DNA of 64,000 nt. It comes from Saccostrea cucullata (taxonomy: Eukaryota). The notes beneath the pieces were generated by a model that saw nothing but the letters and a program-made list of their open reading frames with translations, made no database searches and was not told the origin of the DNA. The position numbers and the translations under genes were made by a program. Within the stretch, counting starts at the first letter, position 1; each line of letters opens with the position of its first letter. Positions 1 through 11,700 of the stretch are shown piece by piece. Location of the stretch: positions 62,001-126,000 of the forward strand of contig NW_026930741.1 of NCBI RefSeq assembly GCF_032062105.1. Reading direction: 5' to 3'.

Positions 1-5
1 TTCAG

Positions 6-3000
6 AGAGTGATATGTCAGGATCAAAAGATTTTAATCGCCGTGGAACACAAAGGGATTGGGAGAAGCTGGAAGAAAGGTCAGGTGGTGATGGGCAGTCC
101 GAAATGGGACTGCACCCTTAACACGTTACCAGGGGGTTCGTCAAAACAGAGAGGGGTCTACGCCAAAATTAAGGAAATATTCTTCCCAACGGAAACCGGA
201 GTAGTCCTTCACACCCAGTCGGTTAGGTAAGGGTTCTTTATTCTGAAAAATAGAAAAAAAGGACATAATTTTAAATCTGAGAAATTGAAATATTAAACTT
301 TTTCAGAGCCTTCGATGTGATAGACGAAGCGGACATTAAGTTCCGCTATACTCCTGGAAACAGTGCATCTCATCCACCAGAAACGCGGAGAAGACATCGC
401 CGATACATCGCCAATGTACTGTCTGAACTCCTGGGAAACATCACGTGGCAGTACAGTGACACGACTTCTATTCCGTGGAATAAAGACGACTCTAGGGCGA
501 TTGGATCGTTTGGTTTAGCAATTGGAGAAAACGACACAGACTACCGTTATACTGAGAACGTAACAGATAGTGAAGTCATGAGCTTCGTCTGCGAGGACTG
601 CAGTGGAACATCCCACATGTCGTATGAATTGTAAGTGCCAAACTTGACAGTATCTAGCACGCTTGCAATGTACAAAACATGTATACATTTATGACAAATT
701 GTGTTAATTTTCCAGTGACTTAATCATAAAGAAGAATGCCATGAATGAACCAGAGATTCATCGCTACCTCAACAAGGTTTGTCATGATTTTATCTCAAAT
801 TTCTACTTTCATGCATGAAATTGTTAAAAGAGTAAATCAAAATTGTTTCATAATTGATTTGTTATAGCTTGAATCAAATACTACAATGAATTTGAAAACA
901 AGTTTCCAGACTTCAAAAGATATCAAGTTTGAGTTGCATAAAGAAATGGAAGAATTACGTGTTCCACCGACAATGCTGTTTTCGGTGCCTCTTGCGCATG
1001 TGCGAAATCTCCCGCCAGTGATGCTGACGGTGAAATATACGGGATCTACTTATGTTGACTTGCAAGTTGACACAAGATCAGCCGTTACTATGGAAACGGA
1101 CATTAAAGTTGGAGGAAAATATTCTTTTGGCAAGTCTGCTATAATTTCAAATTCTACTCATTTCGAATAATGGAAGTTATATTCTTAAAATATAAACCAT
1201 AAGAACAATCTTACATGTAATTAGAGTAAATTAAACATCCTTTTGTTCTTTTAGTTCATGAATACAGTGGAACTTCGTCTCTAGGAGGAGACGTTGTACC
1301 ACACAACTGGACGTCTACCACCGATCGCAATACTGTAAACAGCGACAAAGACATGTCCGTCAACATATCCGTGTATCAGCAGGTCGGGGCACATTTTTTT
1401 CTGTTAATCCACTCAGTAGATTTTTTAATACTTGATTCTGCTCATTCATGATTATAAGAGTATTTTCTTATTTTTTGACATTTTAGATTTTATTTAACAC
1501 AACAATTGGGTGGTTTGCTCGGGACATGGAGATTGATTTTTCACCTCCAATAAACTATAGGTAAAAAATAAATCTGCACTTCATTTATATACTCGGACAT
1601 TAACAAAAATGTATAAAAAAGTAATCTTTTTCTTGGATTTTTCTTTGAAAGATTGAAACCGACTATTCGCGGTAAATCTGCCGTTAATGACGTCCAGCGG
1701 TGCACCACGAAATCAGCCGACCTTGGTGGAGAGTTCAATGTTACAGAGGCCAGACTCACGGTGGAGGCCTTCGGAGTGTCGATATGGTATAACCCCGAAA
1801 AGGAGACACATCTAGTCTAACAATTTTAAATGAAATATTTTAAGATATATCATTTGTACATACCTTGATTAAAAATACACATGTAAAATACGTATTTTTT
1901 TATTCCTTTTTTAGGAATAGTCTAATTGCAAAGGGCTTCAATAAGAAAGTGAATTTTGAGAATGAAACTTTGTATCAGAAATGTTCCGCGGATTGTCCAA
2001 CATCAACAAAGATATCTTTATACGACGGACTAACAATGTCGGATGTTGTAGGAAATCCCAGAATGTCGATCAGGAGAAAAGATCCCGACTTCAGAATGTG
2101 AGTACGATGTGCAATACTTCCTAATCATTTTAAAATATATCAGTAGATCTCTAGCTTGTTGGTCTTAAGTAATTGGTATGGAGAACCAGAGAGCTACAGT
2201 GCCACCTGTTAATTACGCTCGATTCTGGATTTATTTCTCCAACTTACCTCAGCTTTACAAAAAGCTTAATTTCGGAAAATTCTTTAAACCTTTATTATCC
2301 ACTCTCGCAGCTGACATTTGCATGGAGCGCGTTGCACAGAGCTATCTTTCTATACAAATTGGCTGTATAAATAGGCGAAGTTTGTAGTCGTTTGAGATGG
2401 CGTTTTTTTTATTGGGTGGCATAGCGGCTCTCCAATCTGTTGATTTTTTTCATAGAGGTACAGTTCTGCATTCTAATAACTCCTTTCTGATTTCATTTTA
2501 TTTTCTAGTTTGACACAGATGTGGGGAGACAACGTCCTGTTTTCGTCTGAGGAGGCGAACTTTTCCTCCTGGTGCGGGACCCCTGGTCGTCCCTGCGGAA
2601 GTTGTGTTTATCAGGGCGCCGACGACATTGACCAGGAGTGTGCTGACCGTCTGATGGTTCCAAAACTAGCTACAAAAATCAGCCTTCTAGGGAAATATGT
2701 ATCTGCAGAATGGCCAGATAGTAAGTTTATTAAATACCTTTTTAAAACCGACTTGATACGATGTCAAAGATTACGCTCAGTATTTGATTACTTTTGCACA
2801 GTTAATATTGTACAAATCTATAAAGTTTACCAAAGCAATCTTTTTCCCTTTACAATTTGCCCATCATCCGTTTATATCCGACTCAGGTCATTGCTGTGAA
2901 ACTTATTTCAAAGCTTTATGCCATTTACAATTTTTATTTTCATTAATTTCAGAAAAACTGGTAGTTGTTGAAGCTTGGGATGAACCTACGTCGTCACATC

Positions 3001-6000
3001 CACACGGAAAACATGGCGATAAAAGCTTGTACTATGAGGGAAAAGCTGCTCAACTTGCTATAACTTACGCCAACAACAACTTTTCAGTTCCTCCGCCTGT
3101 TATTAAAGATGATAAAGATAATAAGCGCCTTGAACAAATGGCAGTATGCTCAGGCTTTCAATATGTGTCAAAGGTGAAACTAGAAGCAGGCATAGAGGTT
3201 GCAGTGGGTGATAAACAGACTCCATCAAGGGAAGTTAAGAGGACAAAGAAAGTTTCTCTTAGTGGCAAAGACGCGGCGGATAAAGAAGCCATGGTCAACG
3301 CAATGAAACGCCTTGGTTTGTAATTTATTCTGAAAATGATTACATGTATTTGTATTTGGCATATGATTTGTACTTATAATCCTTGCATTATCAATTTTAG
3401 AGTCTATATTGCCTGGAAAGAAGTGTCCTAAATTTGACGTGGTGAAGCTTGGACGTGGGGAATCTTTTCCTTCTAATTATCTTGGCGAGGTGGAGGCTGC
3501 CGTCGGCCCTGCTTTAGGACAAATTCATCGAGAGAACTCCGAGGAAATGAACAAGTAGGTTTCTCACAGAGAAACAAATAAAGGACAACTTATATCGTGA
3601 GTACTAAATTTAACTTTCTACCTTTGCTTTAGATTGTATGAATATCAGTTTGACGATTTCGAGTTCCTACATGAAAGACGAGAAAATCAAAGCAATGACC
3701 AATGTGGAACAATGAGAAAGTGCCAGGATGGAAGCTTTTCTAATGCAGACGACCCTTGGAGCTGGAGTGCCAATCGAGTTATGGCCCCAAGACTTGCATT
3801 TCGCATGAGAAGATTAGCCTTGATAGCAAAAGATGAGTTGCAGGGTGAGCATATGGTTGTGTCTTGACATTTCCTATTGTGAAAAAACAAAAAACAAAAT
3901 ATCACCAGCAATTTTATAACCTTATTAATGTATTGTAGGATTGAACGTCACCGTGGAGAGGGCATTTGCAGATAAAGTGGATCGAGGAGAGTCCGAACTG
4001 TTTCTTGAAGGAAGGCAAGTCATTTGAATGGTTTGCATTTAAGAAAGAGGGGAGAATTCTTTGACCAATAAAGGCATTGATGATTTCTATTTTTCAGGGG
4101 AGCACGACTAACAGTTAAAGAAAACCCTAATGTTAGCATTCCTATTCTTGGGCATGCTGCGATATGTGCTGGTTTTGATTTTGTTCGCAATATCGATAAT
4201 GCAGCAATAGAGGTATTTGTAAAACTACAGGATGGGTTTAGAACCACTCTGATTCCTTATCCCAGTGGTGACGTGCTTATTGCCGTTGCTCCCCCTTCAT
4301 CAGAGGAAGATGAGTATTCCTACAGTGCAGAATTTGACCACGAGAATAAGAAACCTCTCTTAGTAGATGGTGCAAGAGAAGAGATAAAACTGTCCAAACA
4401 TTTCAAATTAGCTGATTTTAAATTTGAAGGTCATCGTTTCCTGCGCATTGACCCCTCTCTCGTCGAATGTTTAGATCTGACACAGCAGGACTTTAGAGGA
4501 AAAATACAAGTTCTCACTGGATATAGACCAAAATCTGCTAACGAACAAGAGGTTGGATGGAGTAGGCGACAATTAGCTAGATTCCAGATGGGTCAAGCAG
4601 CTGAAATAATGTCGAGCAGTGAGGATGAAGTCCTATCCTTGGCTAAAATGTTGATGGTTACGTGCACCCCGTTCCTCCGTCTTCAGCGAAGAGGACTAGG
4701 TATCCATGTAAAGCAAAATGAAGAAATCGGACGAATTAGCATCTATGTTGATCTTTATCCTCTCCGTGACGATAATAGAGTTATTGATTTGAAGATAAAA
4801 TGTCCGGTTAACAAAGAAACAGAGTGCATGTGGAACGAGCTTAAGTTGTACTGGTCAGAAATAACGAAGGGTGGTCCAGGTATCATACCATATGATGTCA
4901 AGAGTGCGTGTAAAAAGCCTGACCTCAAAAAGAAAACTTATCTCAACTTTAATCTGAACAGACCAGGGTAATATTTATTGAAAATAAATGGATATTAATA
5001 AAAAAAAATTAAACTAACATTTGTCTGGAGTAGCTATATACCAGATAGATAGAAATTCATTGATATTTGTTGATCGGTACTTTTAATTTCATTTCTTGCA
5101 GATTCTGCTTACAATTCCATGATATTAAGTTCTGCCAGAACTCTACCAAGGCCCGAAAAGAACTCGCGGAGGATCTCCTGAAACAATTACAGAGTGTGGC
5201 GGGAACTGATCGGCTGGACATAGCAACAACTCGAGAACAGATTAGACAGTGTATCGTCACTGGCTGTGGGGGATGTTCAGGATCGGGTAAAGAAACAATA
5301 AAGAAGTATCTGTCAGTTATTATCGCGACTCCGAACATGTGTTAAGGTGTTATTAACTAATATATACTTAAGAAACATTCGATTAAATTACAGAAGAACA
5401 AGGGAGAAATATATCAGTAATCTATCTTTTCAGTGAAAATCATGAAGCATTTTTTTCATTCAAGTTTGCTAAATTCAAAAACTGAACTTTTAAAACCATT
5501 AAAACATTAAAATTTGAAAAGAAAAAAACATTGAAAATGAAAACATAGGTTGCTTTTCGATATCAAAGAGTCCTTAAACTTTTAATGATGTTGGAAATTC
5601 TCTGTTTTGAGGAACTACTCTGCTACCTATATCTTAGTCTTTATTAACTAACTTTAGGAAAGAAGTGGGATGGGAAGGTAAGAGCATGTTCAGAACTCGT
5701 GGATAACTTTATGAAGCATGCAAGTATACCACTGATCAAGCCGACAGAGAGCATGTCCTTTTTTAACCCGGATAATGTTGACTCAGCTGCACATGCGTAT
5801 GCCTGTAAGAAAGATGGAACCAAATGTCAAGAGACCGTACAACTATACTCGATATTCCGTAAGTTGGCATTGGAACGAGTTAACACTTCTAGCAACTTAT
5901 CATTACTTCTTATTTTTAATTCATTTTATCCTCCAGGGCACTTGATCCCACCTCTGATTTTTCGGAGATCCGTGTTTGCTCTGCTCCTATTTTGTATTGT

Positions 6001-6688
6001 GTTATGGATTTTGAGATTGAATACTGTTCGTTATCTCCATATCCTTCATCCAACTCATGTTTACATTTACATTTATTTTTCATTTAAAAGAAACTTTACT
6101 TGCGAAAACCTACAAACCGAATCCTAACACGAGTATCGAGGAGGAGGTATTTGGTGCCACAGACAATCCTAGCCCTCTTCTACAGATCGTGGAACAGGAG
6201 ATCGCCATGAATGTCTCGGGAAATGTGTCAGTTGTAATAGACCGCTACAAAGATATTTCTGCTCTTCGGAGTGTTCTCAAGGTAACAGTCTGGTCCTGAG
6301 AGATATCTAACCGTATTTTTGTCCATATCATAACGTATTTTAAGAATTTCATACGATAGAAATTTTAAAAAAAGTGTTTGTTTGGATGCAAATAATCTAT
6401 ATTTCAATTATGAAGGTTTTGATGATCCACAACCGGAAAGTCAATTTTGTAAACTTCCACGTTATGCACGGCGTGAATCCTGACAAGATCGTGACCACTC
6501 TACAACGGAAGCTGGAGACTTGGTCTGGTTTGTCCTGTCCCAAATGGAGCAGGTTCGCCGCGGCTCCTTTCACTATTGAGATTGTATCCAAGGAAAGAAA
6601 GAAAAGAAGTATTGAGGACAGCAGGCAGCGGAACGAGGCTCGGAAACGAAAACGAGACTGGGAACGGGACTGGATATTGCAAACTTAG
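6..6688 (+). CDS. 5'-incomplete multi-exon gene: beta-rich N-terminal region, two Hedge-like domains, peptidase M15A-like domain, Cys-rich C-terminus (uncharacterised Hedgehog/DD-peptidase fold protein)
   Basis: Approximate exons joined by eye: 6-226, 307-630, 716-776, 867-~1130, 1255-1382, 1488-1560, 1652-~1787, 1915-~2097, 2509-2720, 2953-~3315, 3401-3554, 3633-3844, 3939-4014, 4098-4967, 5102-~5286, 5658-5858, 6091-6281, ~6416-6688 (TAG). AATAAA at 6711. Hh-like motifs FSSEE..CADRLM..WPD/KLVVVEAWDE..SLYYEGKA and AGFDFV..IEVFVK. Start codon lies upstream of the window. Confidence 0.85.
2020..3210 (+). other. Hedge-like domain 1 (spliced over three exons)
   Basis: SIRRKDPDFRILTQMWGDNVLFSSEE...CADRLMVPKLATKISLLGKYVSAEWPD..KLVVVEAWDEP..HGDKSLYYEGKAAQL...AVCSGFQYV...IEVAV aligns by eye to Shh [79 protein letters not shown]...AVEAGFDWV...IHCSV. 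Confidence 0.85.
3455..4235 (+). other. Hedge-like domain 2 (more diverged)
   Basis: GESFPSNYLGEVEAAVGPALGQIHREN...SANRVMAPRLAFRMRRLA...LNVTVERAF...SELFLEGRGARL...AICAGFDFVRNIDNAAIEVFVK keeps the same motif order as the Hh-N domain. Confidence 0.75.
4385..4760 (+). other. Peptidase M15A-like (D-Ala-D-Ala carboxypeptidase fold) domain, predicted inactive
   Basis: LSKHFKLADF..IDPSLVECLDLTQQDFRGKIQVLTGYRPKSAN..RFQMGQAAEI..GLGIH..IYVDL matches the M15A pattern LS.hF...EF..ID..L...L..lR...g.pi.i.SGYR...N..S.H..G.AaDi..GiG.Y..fvHvD, with H>F, D>E and H>Y at the metal ligands. Confidence 0.75.
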
Positions 6689-6710
6689 AACTACTTTTTA
6701 TACATGATTT

Positions 6711-6716
6711 AATAAA
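6711..6716 (+). promoter_or_regulatory. Polyadenylation signal of gene 1
   Basis: AATAAA ~22 nt after the stop codon, followed by a T-rich stretch. Confidence 0.6.
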
Positions 6717-8744
6717 GTATATCTGTCAGCATCAATATCGTCTTTTGTTTAGCACACTTGACCCAAAGTCTCAAGTGATCTTTTCTCACCAAAATTTGTC
6801 CATTTTCTGTCACCGTTGTCATTGTTGGGGTCCTAAACCTTTACCATGTTATCTTTCTCTCTAGAAGCACTGAGTAAAGACCGAAGTACGTTATTGACTG
6901 TATACGACCGAGAATTTTTTTGTACATTACGGAGGCTAAGTTTAGAACGTTTTGTTTACATTGGGATTAAAGTTAATGTCAACTTCTCCCAAGCATTCTT
7001 TTTGAAGAGAATTCAAACTTTTCATCCAGATCCAGACAGGAGAGCCACGGCCCTACATTTTAAACCTATTTCATTCAATATTAATAGTAATTTGGCCATA
7101 AAATCTTTGTTGAATGAAAAGATCTGTTCAATTATAATTGATTAATTATTTTAATACCAATGTATAATAGTTAATTACCTTCAGCTCTTTAAAAAAAAAA
7201 AAACCCGGCTTTACACCATCACCGTATTTTAAAGTAGCTGAAGAATAAATGACACATGTTCTAAGCATATGAAATTAAACATATATCATTAATGAAATAC
7301 ACATGTATTATGTTTTAGTTGTTAACCCCTTTGAAATTGGTGAAAAATTAACTTTAATCATTTTTTTGGTAATCGTGAAACACAAAAAGCTTTGGTATGA
7401 TAATTGACGTATATTACCTGTATAATGGAATTTTTGTTTCACAGGGGGGGGGGGTAAAAAAGCTTCCCTTATTTTATGTGACCAAAATTAAGGGGTTATC
7501 TCTTTTTGTTTTCCCAAATAAGTAATTTTTAATGGAAATTCATGAAAATATGAATATAAATATAAATATGGAAAATCATTCAAACATATTAACTTTTGAA
7601 AATTGACTTGGAGGTAGGCGGGAGAACAATACTATCGTTCGTAGTTCTTTATTGAATATTTAATGTACCACTCAAAAACCTTCATAAAACACTTAAACAG
7701 AAACTCAAGTGAAGGTATATTACGTTGACAAACAAGTTGATGAAATATATAGGAAAAATCGGTTAAAAACATTCTTCCCAGAACAGCAAAGCTTTGGTTA
7801 GAAGCACAGTCATATAGTTGATATAGATTCATTGCCCTTAATGTTTGCAGCAAATACAATAAAATTATACACGGTAAGTCTTAAAAATATTTTTTTTTGA
7901 GAGCAGCACAGTCAATAGACAATTTTCTCTTTTAAATAATATAAATTAATTTATTCCTCACTAAAACATTAACAGTAGTGAAAGAGAAACTTCAAGAGTA
8001 CTGTGCAACAATATATTCCAGAAGTGGTGTTAACCAGATGTGGATACTTAAAAATTCTAATTAACTTTAAGCCTATTTGAAATCACAAGATTTTACCAAA
8101 ATCAACAGCTTTAAAAAAACTCACGACTTTTCAAACTTTATTCACAACCATTCCCCATGATAAATTACAGTTAAGGAGTTTTGATATCATTGACAGCTGC
8201 GTTTTCAATAAAAATGGAACTTGTCATTGGTTATTGCGGGTGTAAAATTTGGCGTTTTGCCTGCTTAAGGGTATGCCAATAATTTAAGCGCCAAAAGAAG
8301 CCAAAATTAGCACCCCGCTAAAATAACCCGCTATACGGTATTTTAAGAAACAGCAGATAATGATACATTGTGGAAACAAGTTTTAGAATCATCGGTTCCT
8401 TTTTCCTCCACTAAATATAGAGGGAAATTGCACCAGATACATTTTTGTACTTTTCAGTTTTGAACTGATTTTATAATGATTGATGAGCAATACAGCTCAT
8501 TGGCCTCTTGATACATTTTATTTTCTTATATATCTTGCCTTCCTTTGTCAAAAAAATGTTGAAAACATGCAATATTAAAGCCAGAACATTTTTCAAAAGA
8601 AATGTTAACATATATTTTTTGAAAAAAAATTTTAAGTACAAAAAAATATAATACATCAAAGAAAAAGTTTTCAATTTATTGTAAATAATTGATAAAAACC
8701 CTATATGATAAACTGATAATTTTAACTTTTCTTTTAAATATGCG

Positions 8745-11700
8745 TAATATTTATATCTATCGTGTAATATATTTTTATAGGCACCTCCAACGTATGGTGG
8801 TGGTTGGGAAGGGGTTGTTGTCTGATTTTATTAAAAAGAGAATAGATTATTATTTTATTTTACTTACAAATTAACAAAACCCCCACAAAATTGAAATTTA
8901 AAACAGATTCCAGTGAGCATTTTAATATTTATTTTGTCTTACTTTTGATAATGTTACACTTATTAGCTTGAACATTGTAATAATTTTTCAGATTTGCAAG
9001 ACACTGTAATCAAAATTGGCTCTGAGGCTCCATCATAAGGCCGAGTTGTTAGGTTCTGTATTAGGATGCTACTTTGTACATGTATTCTAGGGGTATCAAA
9101 GAGAGGAAGTTACCTTATGCGTAGAATAAATACAGCACTTTTAAAATGTCTCGCACCGAATTTCCCTATTTGATACGAGTTTCTTCGGTACTTCTGGTAA
9201 CATGTGTTGCTGAACCCTCTTTCTTTCTACGTCGTAAAATTAATTTTCTATATAATTGAAGCGTCCTCTTACTGCACATGAATGCAATGAAAATAAATAC
9301 ACCTTGTAGACTGTTAATTGCGCCAACCACATCGGAGAACCCCGAATCTTCTAGAAAGCCGTCCAGAATCTGTAACAACCATGTTGCTCCGGTTATTGTG
9401 AGTAAGCGCGCAAATATGGAGAACTCATTTGTCGTTGCTTTATTCTTGCGGACTTTGGGGGATCGAATTATTGTGGACAAGGTTTTGATAAAGAAAATTA
9501 AGTTCACTGTACACAGCAACCCAACAGGAAGGAGGAAAGATACGATCAAGTGTAGGCTTTCATCTATAAAGCATTTTACTTTTCCGTATCCGATATCATT
9601 ATGTTTTGCCACCGACACTGCTATGTTGCTTGAAACAACCACCATCGGGGTAACAAAGATATAAACTGAATATTTACCCAAGATGCACCATTTGTTAGCT
9701 TGGTTGTGCAGAGCAAATTTTGAGTGGAATACTCGATACAAATGAAAGCTACATATGTTCATAGAAAAGAATGAACTAAGCCACAGGTAGTGGGTAATTA
9801 TTCCATATACAAAACATCCCTTAGTATTGACCTCATTACCTTTGCGTATAAGGATGAAAACGTCTGTCGCGAACAAAACAGCAATAAGAATCATAATAGT
9901 TCCTCCTGGCAATGTCCGGAGCTCCTGGAAGATACAGTAGGTGCAAAACGTAATCAATAGAAAAATACAGGACAGCGTCTGGAAGGCAAATTCTATAGTG
10001 GAATCCTGTGAAATCTCCTTCAGAGTAGATTTGTAAGTCGTTCTTGTGTCATCATAAATCTGACGCAACGTAGAGACACATACTCTTGCTGGGCCTTCGG
10101 GCAAAATATCAAAATCGTCATCCTCTAAAGTTATGTTGTACATTTTTAGAAGAATATTGTTATTCTCTCCAGTTTTATAAATTTCAAATTCTTGTGGACT
10201 AAACTCTATTTGAGCGCAAACTAAAAGCTTGCTCACTCGAACTTCACGATATTTAGCCCAATCATAAGAAGTATTGACGTAGCTAAAGGAACAAGACCAG
10301 TTAGATTCGGGGGAAGGTACATTTGAAATCATGATGAAACCGGGAATGCTGAAATTGTGCTTGATATACAAGAGATCTAATTCTGTTTGAAGTCTCTGGA
10401 CTGGATTTTCAAAAAATAATTTGAAACTCAAATGCAATTGAAAATAATTTTCCAGAAGAGTTTCTCTATTACAAGGTAAATTAATGTCCGTTATCAGTTC
10501 TCTCACAGAATTTTGTCCAAAGAGAGATTGCAATTTAGAGAATGTAAATCGATGAATATGTGTCAAGATATCCCCAATAGAAGTGTTAAACTGAGTAGAG
10601 CAGTTGAAATAGGCATCCATACGGTACCGGAGATTTCGTGCTTCTCTAAATAGTGGCAAACAAGACTGACCAAGATTCAGAGTTTTTCCAGGATAACATG
10701 TGACGTTTCTGCAGCCTCCCTAAAACAGAAAATGTATAGGCTTTAACAAAATCATTTGGGAATAAAGTATAGTACAAGAACTTGTATATAAGTAAAGCAA
10801 AAGATTGACTTTTGAAACAAACTACAGAAATGCAAATACCATCAATGAGTTTTGTGCTTCCCTACATTGACGTTCACTGGCTTCTTCGGGGCTGTAATTG
10901 TCGTTCGGATATTTATATAAATAATTTAAGGATTTCATAACAGGTCTGAACGGTGAGAAATAATATCGCAAAAGAAAGTCTTTTCTCTCGGATACTTCTG
11001 GGTGTTCGGATCCGTAGCAAATTTTGCTAGAGTCTGTTTTAATTTTCAGAGATTCATTTGTACAAATTTCACAAAAGGTATTCTTGTAAGGATATGTAAA
11101 ATAGATTTTGGGGGAAAAGTTGCACTTTTTAAGGCTGATTTCACTGACTCCAGAGGAACAGTTGTCAACAAAGGCATCAGACCATTCCAGGGGATTGCAT
11201 AACGCACAATAAACATTTTTATAAGCTGTCAGTTGACCATTGTCATTCTCGTGCCACAAAGGCAAGGAACCAGGTGGCATCAATTCACATGCCCAGAGAA
11301 TATCCGGATCTTTATGTGGCCAGTTTCCTGTTTTGTTACATTTGTCTATTATGTTGTCAGATTTCCGGAAACACGTTTTACCCTTGCTATTTTGACAAGA
11401 AGTCACTGAACGAGGAGGGTGATAATATGATTCACATCCTGCAGCTTGTAATGCATTTAGAAAATCCAAAAAAAGTAAGAAATTGGACATGTCTATATAG
11501 AAGGAACAATCTGCTGTGATGTCCCATGGTTTGTGCCATACTAGTTTGGTTGATGGAAACTGGTTGCATTGTAAACAATACATATTTAGATACGGGATAT
11601 CAGATTGATCTGTGACAGGGTGCATTGAAAAAACATCTTCAAATTGTTGATGACATCCTCTTACAATAAATTCTGGTATTTCTTTTCTTCCATAGCACCC

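Noticed and set aside
2173-2387. ORFs within an intron of gene 1
   Set aside because: The flanking exons splice in frame without them and restore the Hedge alignment.
4273-4971. Bacterial or phage contamination suggested by the M15A domain
   Set aside because: The domain lies in an exon flanked by spliceosomal introns and in phase with its neighbours.
6-6688. Calling gene 1 hedgehog (hh) or hedgling
   Set aside because: No CGPG N-terminus, Hint domain, VWA or cadherins are visible; the Hedge domains are internal, duplicated and diverged.
9278-9664. Antisense ORF conserved with 19285-19668
   Set aside because: It is a shadow of the 7TM coding strand, and its conservation follows from the gene duplication.
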